DNA of 64,000 bases, taken from the NCBI GenBank assembly GCA_012295275.1, contig CM022671.1, positions 4,278,001 through 4,342,000 on the forward strand, given 5' to 3'. The notes beneath the pieces were generated by a model, which saw nothing but the letters and a program-made list of their open reading frames with translations, made no database searches and was not told where the DNA came from. This document shows, one piece after another, positions 44,101 to 57,995 of this stretch (its first letter is position 1; each line of letters starts with the position of its first letter). Made by a program: the position numbers and the translations under genes. This stretch comes from Chrysomallon squamiferum. Lineage: Eukaryota; Animalia; Mollusca.

Positions 44101-45850
44101 CAATAAAAATAATATTGAAATAATAATCAAACATAGATACAATAAAATAACAATTCAATAATTATAATACAATAATAATAAAATAAAAATAATTCAAGCC
44201 AATAAATAAATAAATAAATAAATAAATAATAATGATGTACCTTTAGTGCTAAAAGCAACAAAAATGTTTCTGCACTGTAAAATCCTCTGTCTACAAAATC
44301 TCCCATAAATAAATAGTTGGTGTCAGGAACATCTCCTCCAACTTTAAACAATTCCTTCAAGTCATAAAACTGTCCATGTATATCACCACAAACCTAAAAC
44401 AGAAAGGGAAAAGAACGTATTACAAAAAAAAAAAAAAAAAAAATGTAAATTTTAAATTTATTTATTAAATGTGAATGAAACCACATGCTTTTCATGTCAA
44501 AATCAAACACTGGAATTGATAGACCCTTGAATAAATAAATGAAAAAATAAATAAATAAAAGAAATGAGTAAATAAAACATAGTATTTTCAAAAAGAAACT
44601 GTGAATATCATGTGATTTAGTATAACACAACATTTTTTAAAAAGGAATCAAATGAGTAAGAACTATATGACTGAGTATAGTACAATTAAAAATAAAAATA
44701 AAAATTTTAAAAATGATATGTGTAAATGGCTCAGTACATTTAAAAAATGAATATTTAAAAATTATAATAAAATATGTTTAAATGTCACATCATTGAGTAT
44801 AGCAACTTTTAAAGTATAAACAATTATAACACTGTTGTTTCATATTAATAACAACTGTACTTGATCTATCAGCCACTCAGTAATAATATCTAAAGATAAA
44901 ATCTGAACTGTCATCAGAATTCATACAGGATTGATGATTGATGGGAATGAACTATTGGAGATTCTGTGATATTGTGGTTGTTAGAGTTACAATGGAAATA
45001 AAAACTGTGACGCTATAGCAATTACCAAACAGGCTGATAAACACTAGCAGAAATGCTGTAATATTACATCATCTGCAGAAAACATCTAATTTCAGTTTTT
45101 CCTAAATGTTTTTATGAACGATTTTTGTCTTGTGCTACAACTTGCTAAATTTATTTCTGATTCAAACCAAACACTCCTATCTTGTAACCACAGGTTACTT
45201 TGTCATAAAAGTAGACCTTTAATTGTTTTCCCTGAAGTAAACAGTAACCAAGAACCACACTATACAGTAGCATTAATTTTTATTTTATAAACTGTGGCTG
45301 GTTACTAAACTGATTTCTGAAATTAAAGTATAACAAAACTGTGGTTTTAAAGTAACAGGAAAATTAATATGCACTGTATTCAACAGCTACAAAAATTAAT
45401 ACATATATACAAAATCTGGTTTTTTGATAATTTGGTTATATAAATGCTCTGGTACCAGTATTAAAATGTCCCGACAGACTTACAGTTACTGGTGAATCGA
45501 CCCTCTGTACATTGCTTTCTTCAACAAGAATTTCACGAGCTTTTGCACACAGAGCCTTGACTTCACTTTCTTTTATCACTTCACATCGTCGAAGCTGGTC
45601 AATTTGCCTGAATATTAAATAGGTCATCATTAATACAGTTGATTATTCTGAGATGAGCAACATACAAAAACTGACCAATGTGAACCTGGAGTTTTCACTT
45701 CGTGTGTGTGTGTGTGTGTGTGTGTGGGTGTGTGTGTGTGTGGGTGGGTGCGTGCGCGTGTGTATAATCACAAAGATTTATTTTAACATACAAGAAGAAA
45801 AGAACAATAACAAGTGAAACTTACCTATCTAAATCACTCATATCAGTCAT
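41184..45850 (-). CDS. PPP4C: Serine/threonine-protein phosphatase 4 catalytic subunit, 8 coding exons, 307 aa
   Basis: Exons (minus) 45825-45850, 45484-45607, 44241-44393, 43823-43996, 43279-43405, 42484-42673, 41882-41960, 41184-41234, total 924 nt. PPP motifs GDIHG, GDFVDRG, RGNHE, HGG, RAHQ and SAPNY are present. PP4-type N-terminus [14 protein letters not shown] and C-terminus [16 protein letters not shown]. Confidence 0.97.
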
Positions 45851-46379
45851 TTTGCCTGTAAAATAAACAATTCTTATTACACGTACATTCGTACAACGAT
45901 AAACAAAATATAGTTCGCTTACTTCATTTAATATACATTCATGATTCAATAATCGCTGTTTGGTAGTCTGTGATTAACGAAATTTTCTGTAATATCATAA
46001 TGATAATTGTGTCAAACGTGAAACATTCGAATGATCATGATGATGTCTACAGTTTAACATAAAAGAATAATAAATGTTCCTTTTTCAAATCAAAATCCTT
46101 TAGACTTATAAATCACATGTCTATGAATATAAGGTTAACTATTTAACGATGTAAATTACCAATCAGTTATGTAAAATTTAGAACTAATGAAATTGGTCCA
46201 AGTGACTTAATGAGTCACGATCGAAATCAGGACCACACTTGTCGGTCAGCAATAAATGCGTAATAAACGTACATCTATAACGAATAATATTTACCAATCA
46301 TCGATATTTTTTTAAAAGATGAACTATCAATATATATCTGTCTAAAAATCTAACTAGTTTCCGAGATATATTCTTCTTT

Positions 46380-47300
46380 TACCTGAAAATTTCGTGGACT
46401 AAGCTATTGTCGGCGAACCTGTAATGTAAGAAAACTGAATTCTCGCGAAATCTCGTAAACTCACGTGAAGTGGACTCTTCTAAATATAGAATTTGGTCGG
46501 ACTGATATAACGAAAATATATTTTAAAAAACCCGCTTTAACTTAACAACCAAAAAAAAAAAAAAACTATAAACTTTAACTTATTAACCAAACAGATAAAA
46601 ATTATTTTTATTGCAAAATTGTATTGGGCAGAGCTCCCATAGCTTTATTTCACAAAAAAACATAAAATAAATCAATAAAACATAAAGCACCTTACATTTA
46701 CGTTAAATAATAATAATTATTTAAAAAATAAAATTCTGTTATTTTTTAATTTAATTAATCGAACTATGTGCGAATATTAGAGACGTAATAATTCTGGGAG
46801 GAAGAGGCATCTCTTATCGATAATCATTTTTAGAATTTTCAAAAATATCTTTTAGACACTGTGTTATTTGTTTTTCCAAACTGACATTTAGTTTGTGAAA
46901 GACTGGAATAAACTTTACTTTCTAAAGAGAGGTGCAAATAATAATCGATACATTATTAGCTCGTGCATGGAGTGGCGACAAAGGCTTCTCTTTCTCAAAA
47001 TGTAACGGTATCAAGAAATAAATATTAAGATAAATATTTATTAATCAGTTAAATCATATGATTATTTTATCAAAGAGAATTCATATGGTATATTATGGTA
47101 TATATAATTTTTTTACCAACAATCAGCATCTAGCTAAGATAGTTTTAATATGGACATGTAAGTGTGATGATGTACAAATAATAAATAGATAGCTGAATTA
47201 ATGAGTAGAAAGACTTGAAAAAATAACAATAAATAAATAACAAAAAATAATTTATTCATTCATTTATTCCGGTCCTTAATTTTCTCAGCGTTACTTGTAG
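46380..47300. promoter_or_regulatory. Putative bidirectional promoter region PPP4C/FLOT2 with TCTCGCGAAA (46441-46450), TCACGTGA E-box (46461-46468) and TTCCGG ETS-like site (~47267)
   Basis: Head-to-head ATGs lie 1.55 kb apart, with CpG-enriched patches. A candidate PPP4C 5'UTR exon donor CAG|GTAAAA sits near 46382. Confidence 0.5.
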
Positions 47301-47396
47301 TCTCCGTCCAGTTTTTTCTTTTTGCATTATCAAAATAATAGCGGAAACGGATTTCCTTCAATTTTATCTGTTAGCTATTTGAGTACTCTTGCAACT

Positions 47397-50300
47397 ATGG
47401 GGAATATATACACAACAGGACCGAACGAAGCCTTGATTATTTCAGGTATTTCCATGCGTGAAAGCATAATGATTTTATTTATAACTTATTTATCTGAAAA
47501 TTATATTTAATATTAAGAATTATGATAGCTGGATGTTTATAAAATTGCGAAATTCCGCGACTAAAATATTTCAAGGCCACGATTGCGACATTAAGGCTAT
47601 TTTCGTCTGCATTTAATAATTATTTTCATTTCTGCTATAATTTTGCTGCTGTTACTGCATTAGAACTACATAAGTATATTTTAATGGCAACTACTAAAAA
47701 CAGAGTTGTTGTTCATTTTGCGTTTATGTGTCTCTCTGTTGTTTTGTTTTGTTTTTTCTTCCAATTAATCGTTTGACCCAGAATCGACACGGTAACTCAT
47801 TAGCATCATTTGTGTTCACAGTAGCACAATCAATGCTCGAGTAATCAAAACAACAATGAAAATTGTCACTGACATATTTTTACAACTAAGCTGATTAATA
47901 TAATAATAAATCTGTATTAAAAAAATAAAAGAAGATGCTAAGTCAGAGTTGATGTATTTAATTTGGGATATATTGTAATTGTCACGGTAATTGTGGCTTA
48001 AGATATGACGGAACGCAGATTGTGTCCTCACCATTTTACTTTTTTGCTCTTTTCTGTTTTATGACAGGTTTATAAATTTTTTACTTTTTACTTTTTTTTT
48101 TCCTCTGTGTATTATCAGAACAAATATTGACACACATACATGTAAAGTATTCATGGTTTCCAGCTATTTTCCCCTAAATATATATAATATATATATTCCA
48201 TATTCGTTTAGACATCTTCTTGAAAAGAAATAAGCTCAGACTGCATTGTAATACATACATATTTTAAATTAATCGAGAAAACAGCAATAATTTATGTTGA
48301 AAGAAAGGCACTATTTTGCATGCATCGCTGTTTTGAAATCATCAGTTGAGTGATTTGCCACAGCAGTAGCTGTCAGATATCTGAAAAGATTTATTTTTGC
48401 TTTGAAAGTTAATTATTAAAATGACACACACACACACTCAAAAATTATGTATATATATATAGTCACACACATACACACACACCCACACAAATTTTACAGA
48501 TAAGCTGAGACAAAAGAAATGGATTTGTCACAAATGGAATATTGTTGAATAAAAAGACATGAGAAAAAAAGTTGGATAAGAAGCAGATGAGAGGAGTACC
48601 ACTGAACAGATCATCCTCAAGTAGAAAATTGTCAAAGATGTATGAGAGGCTGAATAGAAGTACATCCTTGATAATTGATTACCATCATTTGCTATCTACA
48701 GTTACAGCACATGTACTGGGATGTATGATACTGTCAGTTCTGTATTTGTTTCACAGAGTGTTTACATGATGGGAAGAAAAATATTCTCCATCCTATTTTA
48801 ACCATTTGATCAGAATTAATAACTGGCATCTTGTCGGACACAAAAACCCAGGACACTGGTTTTCAGTCAAGTGCGTCCAGACAGATCATTGTTAAATGAT
48901 ATCACTGAAAGGACTGTGACAGGGTGTATACTAACCAGGAAATAAATCCCTGTAAGACAAAACAACAGCAAGACATGTTAAAATGACCTTGTCAGGAATT
49001 TGATGCAGGCAAGGATGTACACAAGTTCCTTTTGTTGTCAGTGGGACTTTCTGTATGATTCATTTAACAGCTCAAAACCTGTTGATAACTTATGAATTAA
49101 TGTACAGATTCTCATCTCAACATTTGTTACATAAGATCTGTCAAGTTTACAACATTCATGTTTTCAGTTTCATTTGTGGGGTGAATTTCCCATGGTTAAT
49201 TTAATATTTATTTATAATCTTTATACATATGTGCGATACATAATTAGTGTGCTACTGTAGTCTGCTGTTTTTGCCATAGTAGTAATAGTAGTAGTAATAT
49301 GAAAGCTTATGACAGAGCATATCACAGAAAATATGAAATGATTTTATCTTGAAGTCTTCAACAATATCCAGATTTCTTGTCATTTTTTTTTATATATATA
49401 TATATATATATTTAGTTTTCAAAATGGTGAAATTATCAAAAATGTCTAACTAATGTATATTACCTCATTTCATGTCACATGAATGCTTTGACATAAATTC
49501 TCTGTTCAAATTTTATCCTTCATCTTAATTGTGATTATATCAGTTATTTCACAGTGATTAATTATGTTGATCAAACAATCACATTAAACTGAGTGATAGT
49601 CAACTCATTATTATGCAAATTTTGATAAAGATATGTAGTATGTATGCTTTAATATAATGGCTGTTTGGAAAGATGCTTTTTATCATGCAGGCTTTTATAT
49701 TTCATCTGTCCTCCTGGTTTTTTCACATGATTTTTTTCATTGATGAGGGGACTTTTTTCTACCTTGCAAATCCACTTGGGAGCTTTTTTCACCCATCCAT
49801 TTTTGGATCTTGGGGTTCTTATGTCCTACATTTGTTAGATGTATTGGTATATTTTGCTTCCATTTTGTCCAGGCATCATATTTGTATGACTGGCCAGCAG
49901 ATTTTCATTATTTTCATAAAATTATATTTATCAGTAAATCAAAGGGGAAAAAAAAAAAAAAAAAAAAATTCTGTTGTGTATCTGATACATATAATTTTAT
50001 AAAAATAAAGGATTTAATAAATAAATTACAAACCAAAATAACATGTTAAAATTAATATTGCCAACTTCTCCAGTTCCGTTTTCAACTACAAAAGAGACTC
50101 ATTAATAGGCTTTCTTTGTTTCTGTGTGAGCCTCACTGAAACCTTTTAATATCTGTAAACACAAATCTCCTCCTTATACCAGTCATTAACTGATACAGAA
50201 GCAGTACTAAAGAAACAGCTGTCAGTCACTAGCTGGTCACCTAGAAGGAGATCATAGGACCAACAGTATGAACAACTACAAAAATGAATTGTTTTTTGTT

Positions 50301-50757
50301 GTGATTATAAAACAATATCTTGTGTAGATGTACACAGATTAAATTAACTGAAATGATAAATGAATCAACATGATTACATGTACAGTAAAGATAACAAAAC
50401 AAAAAATTCCTGGTAGGGTTTGAGATTCCAGGAAGCTGGATGCAAATAATTGTAAACAAATGTAGGAATAAACATTTTGTTAATTAATTTTACCACTTAC
50501 AACATGAATCTGTATAAATATTTTATAAATGTTTTATTAGAAACAGAATATAGAGGCATATACATAGATGTTTAATTATATGTTTGTGATGACAGATTGA
50601 TTATGTTTTTTTGTCTCATTTCACCTTCACAAAAACACACTTTGCCTTGATGTATCTAGATAGAGTAATCACTTCAGCCTATATGTCTAGCCTAGCCTGC
50701 ACATACACACACACACAGGCACCCATATATACACACATACATACATATACATAGACT

Positions 50758-50794
<37 letters not shown>

Positions 50795-50891
50795 TTAATG
50801 ATTTATACATATATATGTACACATACATAAATATATATAAATAACCATACATACATACATACATGCATACATATATACATACATACATACA

Positions 50892-50927
<36 letters not shown>

Positions 50928-53900
50928 TATAAGACAAACACTAACTTGATCTTTACTTGGCAGGTGGTTGCTGTGGAGCAGAAGACAGGAAGTACATTAT
51001 TGGAGGATGGGGCTGGGCGTGGTGGCTGGTTACAGACACTCAGAAGTAAGTTTTAAACTTATTACTATTCATACACAGTAACAATTAAACACACCATTTT
51101 ACTGACGTAAGTGCATTTCAGCAAACTGGTGCATACCACTAAGATTTAATTTGCATTTTTCGTTTGTTTTCAGAATCTAACTCAAAGTGATGACGTTGAA
51201 TACACAGTAACAATTAAACATGTGATTTTACTGACATAAGTGCATTTCAGCAAACTGGTGTATACTTCTGAGGTAATTTGCATTTTTTTTTTTTTCAGAA
51301 TCTCACTTGAAGTGATGACGTTGAACCCGGTGTGTGACTCTGTGGAGACATCAGAGGGTGTCCCTGTCACTGTCACTGGTGTTGCGCAGTGTAAGATCAT
51401 GCGAGAACCTGACCTGCTCAAAACAGCTTGTGAACAGTTCCTCGGCAAGTCAGCTACTCACATAGAACAGGTTGTCCTCCAGACTTTAGAGGGTCATCTC
51501 AGGTCAATTCTTGGTAAGTTTCTAGCTTAAATAAAAAATATTATGTATTATACACATATGATACATATGTTATATTACCTAATATTATATATAAAGAAAA
51601 TTATTTTTTATTAAAAAAAAAAAAATTGTAAATTACTTTAAAATAAGAAGAATAAAAATAAAAGGGGCTCTTAAGTAATAGTGTAGTTTATGACAGTGAA
51701 ATTTCAACTGAAATTCTATTCTGCTGAAGAACTAGTTGAAAGATAAGTAACAATAATGTTTCCTTTATTGTAACCACAGCATTCTAATTTATTTACCAGC
51801 TTTAAAATTTGTTTACTTGTTTTGAAATTTATTTATTTATTTAGGTTTTACTGTTATTATTATTATTATTATTGTTAATAGTAATAATACCATCAGTGTT
51901 TTTATCATTATTATTGTTACTGTTGTTTTTATTATTATTATCATTATTTAATTATTATTAGTATTATTATTATTGTTGTTGTTATTATTATTGTTATTAT
52001 AGTAATTTTATTATTATTGTTATTGTTATTGTTATTGTTATTGTTATTGTTATTATTATTTGTGCAGGCACTCTCAGTGTTGAGGCTATATATCAAGACA
52101 GAGATCAGTTTGCCCAGTTGGTGCGTGAAGTTGCCTCCCCTGATGTTGGCAAGATGGGGATAGAGATTCTTAGTTTCACCATCAAGGACATTGTTGACAA
52201 TGTAGAGTACCTGTCATCTCTAGGACGAGCACAGACAGCTAATGTGAAAAGAGATGCTGATATTGGTGTAGCTGAGGCCAACAGAGATGCAGGAATTAGA
52301 GTATGTGTTGAAATAACATGTTCTTAATTTAGTTCCACATTCATATTTTAAAATTAAAAAATATAACGTAACGAAAAAATGACTAATTATGTGTATGCCA
52401 TCTTTGTTTGACTTGTTTATGCAGCACAGTTTGTTAAACTGTTTTAAAAGCCTAGTTACATATTTTGGTAATTTTGAACAGGAAGCTGAATGTGAGAAAG
52501 CCAGAATGGACGCCAAGTACATTGCTGATACAAGAATAGCTGATTCTTCTCGAGCTTACCTCATGCAGAAGAGCTCTTTTGATATGGAGGTCAATGCAAG
52601 GGTACGTAACTCTCATGCAGTCAGTTCATGTAATTTGGGTCTTTTTGTAATTCATAATAATTAAATGTCATTTTATCAAAATTATTAGAAAATATGACAT
52701 TTTAAAAATATTTAAATTAAAATAAATATTTCTATTATTTGTTTATTGTTTCTGTATACTTTTATAGATCATGGATAAATTACTGACAAATTTTTTTTTT
52801 TGAAACTCGTATTACTGCTAAAATTATTTTAACCTCAATATTATTTCTACTTCTGTTTCTACTTTTACTCCTGCTATTACTACAACTACTACAACAGCAG
52901 AACTGTTACTACATACACTACAACTAATGCTACCACCATCATCTATAGCTCATTAACTACTACTACAACCAACCATCAATAAAATTATTTCCATTACCAC
53001 TGTTCAAACTACTAAAATAACACACCATCACCAGAACTCCAGTAACAAAAAAATGATTTTTTTTCTTACTTTTTCATCACAACTTTTGTTTACTTTTTCT
53101 TCCACTTTGTTTGCAGAAAGCCGAGGCTGAGTTGGCCTATGAACTTCAAGGAGCCAAGGAGAAGCAGAGGATACGAACTGAGGAGATAGAGATTGAAGTT
53201 GTGGAGAGACGTAAGCAGATTGACGTGGAAGAAAAAGAAATCTTGAGGAAAGAGAAAGAACTTATCGCCACGGTTAAGAGACCCACAGAAGCTGCAGCAT
53301 ACAAAATGGGACAGATAGCTGAGGGTCAAAGGTCAGTGACTTTTTTTTGTTTTCTATAGTTAGACTGTATACCTGACATTAATATCCATGATAGTGTATG
53401 TGTGAAATACGTTGTTGAACCACATTTTTTTTTTTGTTGATTAATAAATTATTTGTTATGTCTGGTCAGTGATATTAAAGTGTTTATTAAACTTTTAATT
53501 CATATCTAACTGTTTTAATACCAACACTAACAACAGAATATTTTATTTGTGTCTGATACAAAACCACTCTAATAGTTTTACTGATAGAAAAATATTTTAA
53601 TAATTTTACTGATGTAAAACTTTTAATAATTTTACTGATGTAAAACTTTTAATAATTTTACTGATATAAATCTATGTTAATAATTTTACTGATATAAACC
53701 TATTTTAATAATTACTGATATAAAACCATTAAAATAATTTTACTGATACAAATCTACTTTAATAATCTTTCTGATATAAATCTATTTACTAATTTTATCT
53801 ACATAATCTATTTTAATAATTTTACCTACATAAAACTATTAATAAATTTACTGATATAAAACTATTAATCATTTTACTGATATAAATCTAGTTTAATATA

Positions 53901-54691
53901 TTTACTGATATAAACTATTAATCATTTTACTGATGTAAAACTATTTTAATAATTTTACTGATATAAAACTTTTAATAATTTCACTGATATAAATCTATTT
54001 AAATATATTTACTGATATAAAACTAGTTTAATAATTTTACTGATATAAATCTATTTTAATATATTTACTGATATAAAACTATTTTAATAATTCTACTGAC
54101 GTAAAACTATTTTTCTAATTTCATTTTCAGAACTCAGACAGTGGAGGCTGCCAAGGCCGAGTCTGAAAAGATCAAACTGTTGGGTGGTGCTGAGGCTGAT
54201 GCCATTGAGGCTGTTGGCAAGGCCGAGGCTGAGATGATGAGACTGAAGGCAGCAGCATACAAACAGTATGGCGATGCTGCCATGTTGAGTCTTGTGTTGG
54301 AGACATTGCCTAAGGTATTAAGAATTACTTATTGTTTGTTTTGTTTTTTTAAATAACTAATTCTTATTTAAAATGCATTTTCATCCATTTTTAAAAACTA
54401 ATATTATTTCTTTTAAATACATATATAAAATCTTTAATTCGTATTAAAATATTTTTTAATTATATTTTTTAGAAATAATTTTGTGTCCTTTAAAAATATC
54501 TAATTCCTGTTTTAAAATGTATTTTCTTCCATGTTCAGACTAACATTGTTCCTTTTAATAAATATAAAATATCTAATTCTTATTTAAAATGCATTTTCGT
54601 TCATTTAAGAAATAATATCATTTCCTTTTAATATATATATATATATATGTATAGATATGTATATATGTATATATATATATATATGTATATG

Positions 54692-54727
<36 letters not shown>

Positions 54728-55383
54728 TTAATATGTTATTCTTTATAAATCTTGTGTTACTAAGTTTATAATGTTGTATAATTAATTTTAATTTTGTTTG
54801 TCGACAGATTGCTGCTGAGGTATCTGCTCCACTGTCTAAGACAGAGGAAATTGTGTTGGTTGGTGACGACCGCACCACCTCTGAAGTGAGTCGCTTGATC
54901 AGTCAGTTACCCCCGGCTGTCCAGGCCCTCACAGGAATTGACCTCTCAAAGGTTAGTGTCACGTCATCTTACTGACCAATTGCTATCTTGTTAGATAATT
55001 TTTTTGTTTTTTTCTCGATTTAGATTGCTCTGAAATATTTTTAAAATTTCAGATTTTAATTTTTCTTGTTTTGATATCATTGTTTAATTAAGCATTTGAA
55101 TTTGAAGTGATGCCTTGTTAGTCTATTCCTGCTTAGTAAACCTTCACAGTATTAGAAAACCATGTGACTTGGTCCCTCAAAACCTTTAAAAGAAAAAAGT
55201 GTTGATGTGCAAAGTGTTTACAGATTTGTCATTGTAGAGATATTTTTTATTCCAATTTTGTTTTTTTTATAAACATAAAAGGTATTTTTAAACAAATGTT
55301 TTGATTTTCAATCACTCTTTAGCTGTTTTCTCTAAAATTTCAGGTTATGGGAAAGGATTCCAGGTGCAACCTCAAGTTCATAG
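47397..55383 (+). CDS. FLOT2: Flotillin-2 (reggie-1), 9 coding exons, ~426 aa; last exon has an apparent 1-nt insertion
   Basis: Exons 47397-47445, 50964-51045, 51299-51513, 52068-52300, 52482-52601, 53117-53331, 54131-54314, 54808-54951, 55344-55383. Peptides: MGNIYTTGPNEALIISGGCCG (Gly2 myristoylation, CC palmitoylation), GGWGWAWWLV, LQTLEGHLRSILGTL, EVASPDVGKMGIEILSFTIKD, AEAE flotillin repeats, ALTGIDLSK. Confidence 0.95.
51071..51325 (+). repeat. ~128-bp tandem duplication of the FLOT2 intron 2/exon 3 boundary
   Basis: 51071-51199 and 51200-51325 both read tacacagtaacaattaaaca..ttttactgac.taagtgcatttcagcaaactggtg..aatttgcatttt..cagAATCT.ACT..AAGTGATGACGTTGAA. Confidence 0.9.
53571..54115. 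repeat. ~27-bp minisatellite (about 20 units, taataattttactgatataaaactatt) in FLOT2 intron 6
   Basis: Repeated ttttactgat(a/g)taaa units run to within ~15 nt of the acceptor at 54130. Confidence 0.9.
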
Positions 55384-57663
55384 AAACAAAACCAAAAAAA
55401 AAAAAAAAAACTTCAAGTGTTTAAGGTTTGCAACAAGAACAATTGAGATTGTGACCAGTAATTTCATCTCCTTTTTCCTCATAATTATTTCTAATTAATA
55501 TTTTTATCTACATCACTTAATCATTGCCTTCATATATTGTTTGAAATGAAGGCTGGAAGAAAAAAAAAACAATAATAATAATTTCAGAACAATATTGTGA
55601 AATTTTAAAATCATTTGTTTTCTTTTAAGAGTCATATGATTGATGCAAGACATTTTGGTTCATTAGTGTGTGCCTTTTTGCTTAATATCTGTGACTTCAG
55701 CACTAAAGATTTCAGTTAGAGTTACTTCCCCTTGTTCCTCATCAGTTTAGAAAAAAAAAAAAAAGAATTAAAAACTAAAAATAAAATGTATTGATATTAT
55801 GGAAAGAAAGAAAAAAATCTTTATTTATGTAAAATAAATTATATTTAGATTAACTGTTAAATCATTATACTAAAGTTTTGAGAAACAAATTTATAAATTA
55901 AAAGAAAAAACCTGAATAATTAAACAATTTTTGTATCCAATTTAATGTGAACATTTCATTATCTTGTAGTATTAGTATTAGTAATGGTAGTAAGTATGAT
56001 AGACATTTCAAGAGAATTGGGCTATCAAAATAGAGTGTTGTATTTTGTGTACAATTTTAGTATTTTATCTGATTTCTATAGAAATTTTATTTGATCACCA
56101 TGGAGATAAATCTTTTTTTTTGTCTTCATTTAATTTTTTAAATTAATTTACAAAGACAAGTAATAGATATTAGCTAATCTTATTTTCATGCTCCACATCA
56201 AACCACACCTTAAGCCACACAGGGACCTAAAGAACTTTAGCTAACAATAGTTGAGTGACACACAACTTTTCAGTTTTGATATTTTTTTATAAACAGGTAT
56301 AAATATATATATATATATATATAACTCATCCCTTTGATCCAGTGTGAAATTGCTAGACATTAATCCTAAAATGTGTTTTAGGGCACTTTTTTCACAACAC
56401 TGTTATTTGGTGAATGCACCCAGTTTGTGTCCAGGCATATCTGACCACATGTCTTCTATATGAGAAGAGAACAATTTTCCCATGCTACAGAGATCAATAA
56501 GGTATCAAAGTGAAGCTTATGGTGTTAGAAATCTGAAAATTTTCTTAACTCAGATTAGCCAAAACGCAATTTAAAACCTGACTCGATGCAAAGGGTCACA
56601 TATTAGTATGATATTAGTCTTGAATCAGACAAAAGACTTAATTATAATTAACAACTGTTACAGCTAGCTGACTTTTGTACAGTTGTAATTCTGTTACCTG
56701 ACATATTTGTCATTTAGTAACATAAACTTTATGGTTCATTGAACCATCTAGACCATGCAAGACCAAATTCAGATTCTGACTGTATTGACAATAACGATGT
56801 TTGATACTGGTTATTTGGGTTACATTTGACAACATCTAATTATCCTACATTTATGTTAAACTGATAATAATATTTAAATTATACTGGGAACTTTTTAAAA
56901 GATACAGGTTTACACTAATGTTATCCTGGTAACAATTTAAAAATATAATGGCATTTTTTGGTTTATTTTATTAAAATGTCAGTTTTCTTTTGTGTTAAAT
57001 ATTATAACCATATTCAAAATACAATGGCATCTTTTTTTACATCTGTATGTAAACATATTTAAAATAAGTATCTGTTTACATTCTTGACACGTTTATAAAC
57101 ATATTTAAAATGAATGCTGTGTTAATGTTTTAACCACATAAAAACTACACGATGATAGTCACATGTGTTGTAGTATTAATAATGTTCCACTGTGAACAGC
57201 AGTTTTTTATTTAATTATCACATTTACTACATTACTAATGAAACGAAAACAGATTTTTTACACAAAATGGTATAAAATACTTGTTTTTTTTATTTTGTTT
57301 TTTTTTCATTGCAATTAAGATTAAATTTTATATACATCATTTTTAAAGTTTACCTTGAATAACTAGTTGTATCTTTTTAATTTTTTTTAATATTTAATAT
57401 TTAATTTCTATTCTTTTCTTTTTTTTGAATCATATTAAGTGTTTTGGTTTTTATTATTATTGCTGTTGTTGCATTCTTGCTCAGGAAAATGTGCTGGATT
57501 TTCTTTTTCTTTTTTCTTATGTCATTTTCATTGTTTATATCTAATTTACAAAAATGGAATTTTGAATATATGTTAAAAAAATTAATTACTGGAGTCAATC
57601 AGTACAATTTTATAAATGTTTTTATTTTATTTTATTTTATGTCAATATATTATTTTTCGGTCC

Positions 57664-57695
<32 letters not shown>

Positions 57696-57960
57696 TATAA
57701 ACGTATATGTAATGTAAATCAATCTGTTTTTTATAATTCAACATATTTACCTTTATAGTATTATTTTGTGTATCATTTGTCAGGGATGTAAAAATATAGA
57801 TAAAATCAAATCATGTTAATAGTAGTGGAATATTCTCTATTTGCTCAGTAGATATAACTTTGGATTCCCACACTGTGTATCGTGGTTCAGACCTTTATAG
57901 TGGAAGACAAATAAATTTTTACGAAATCAGTTTTGAAATTGACCATATTATTCAGCTTTA

Positions 57961-57995
<35 letters not shown>

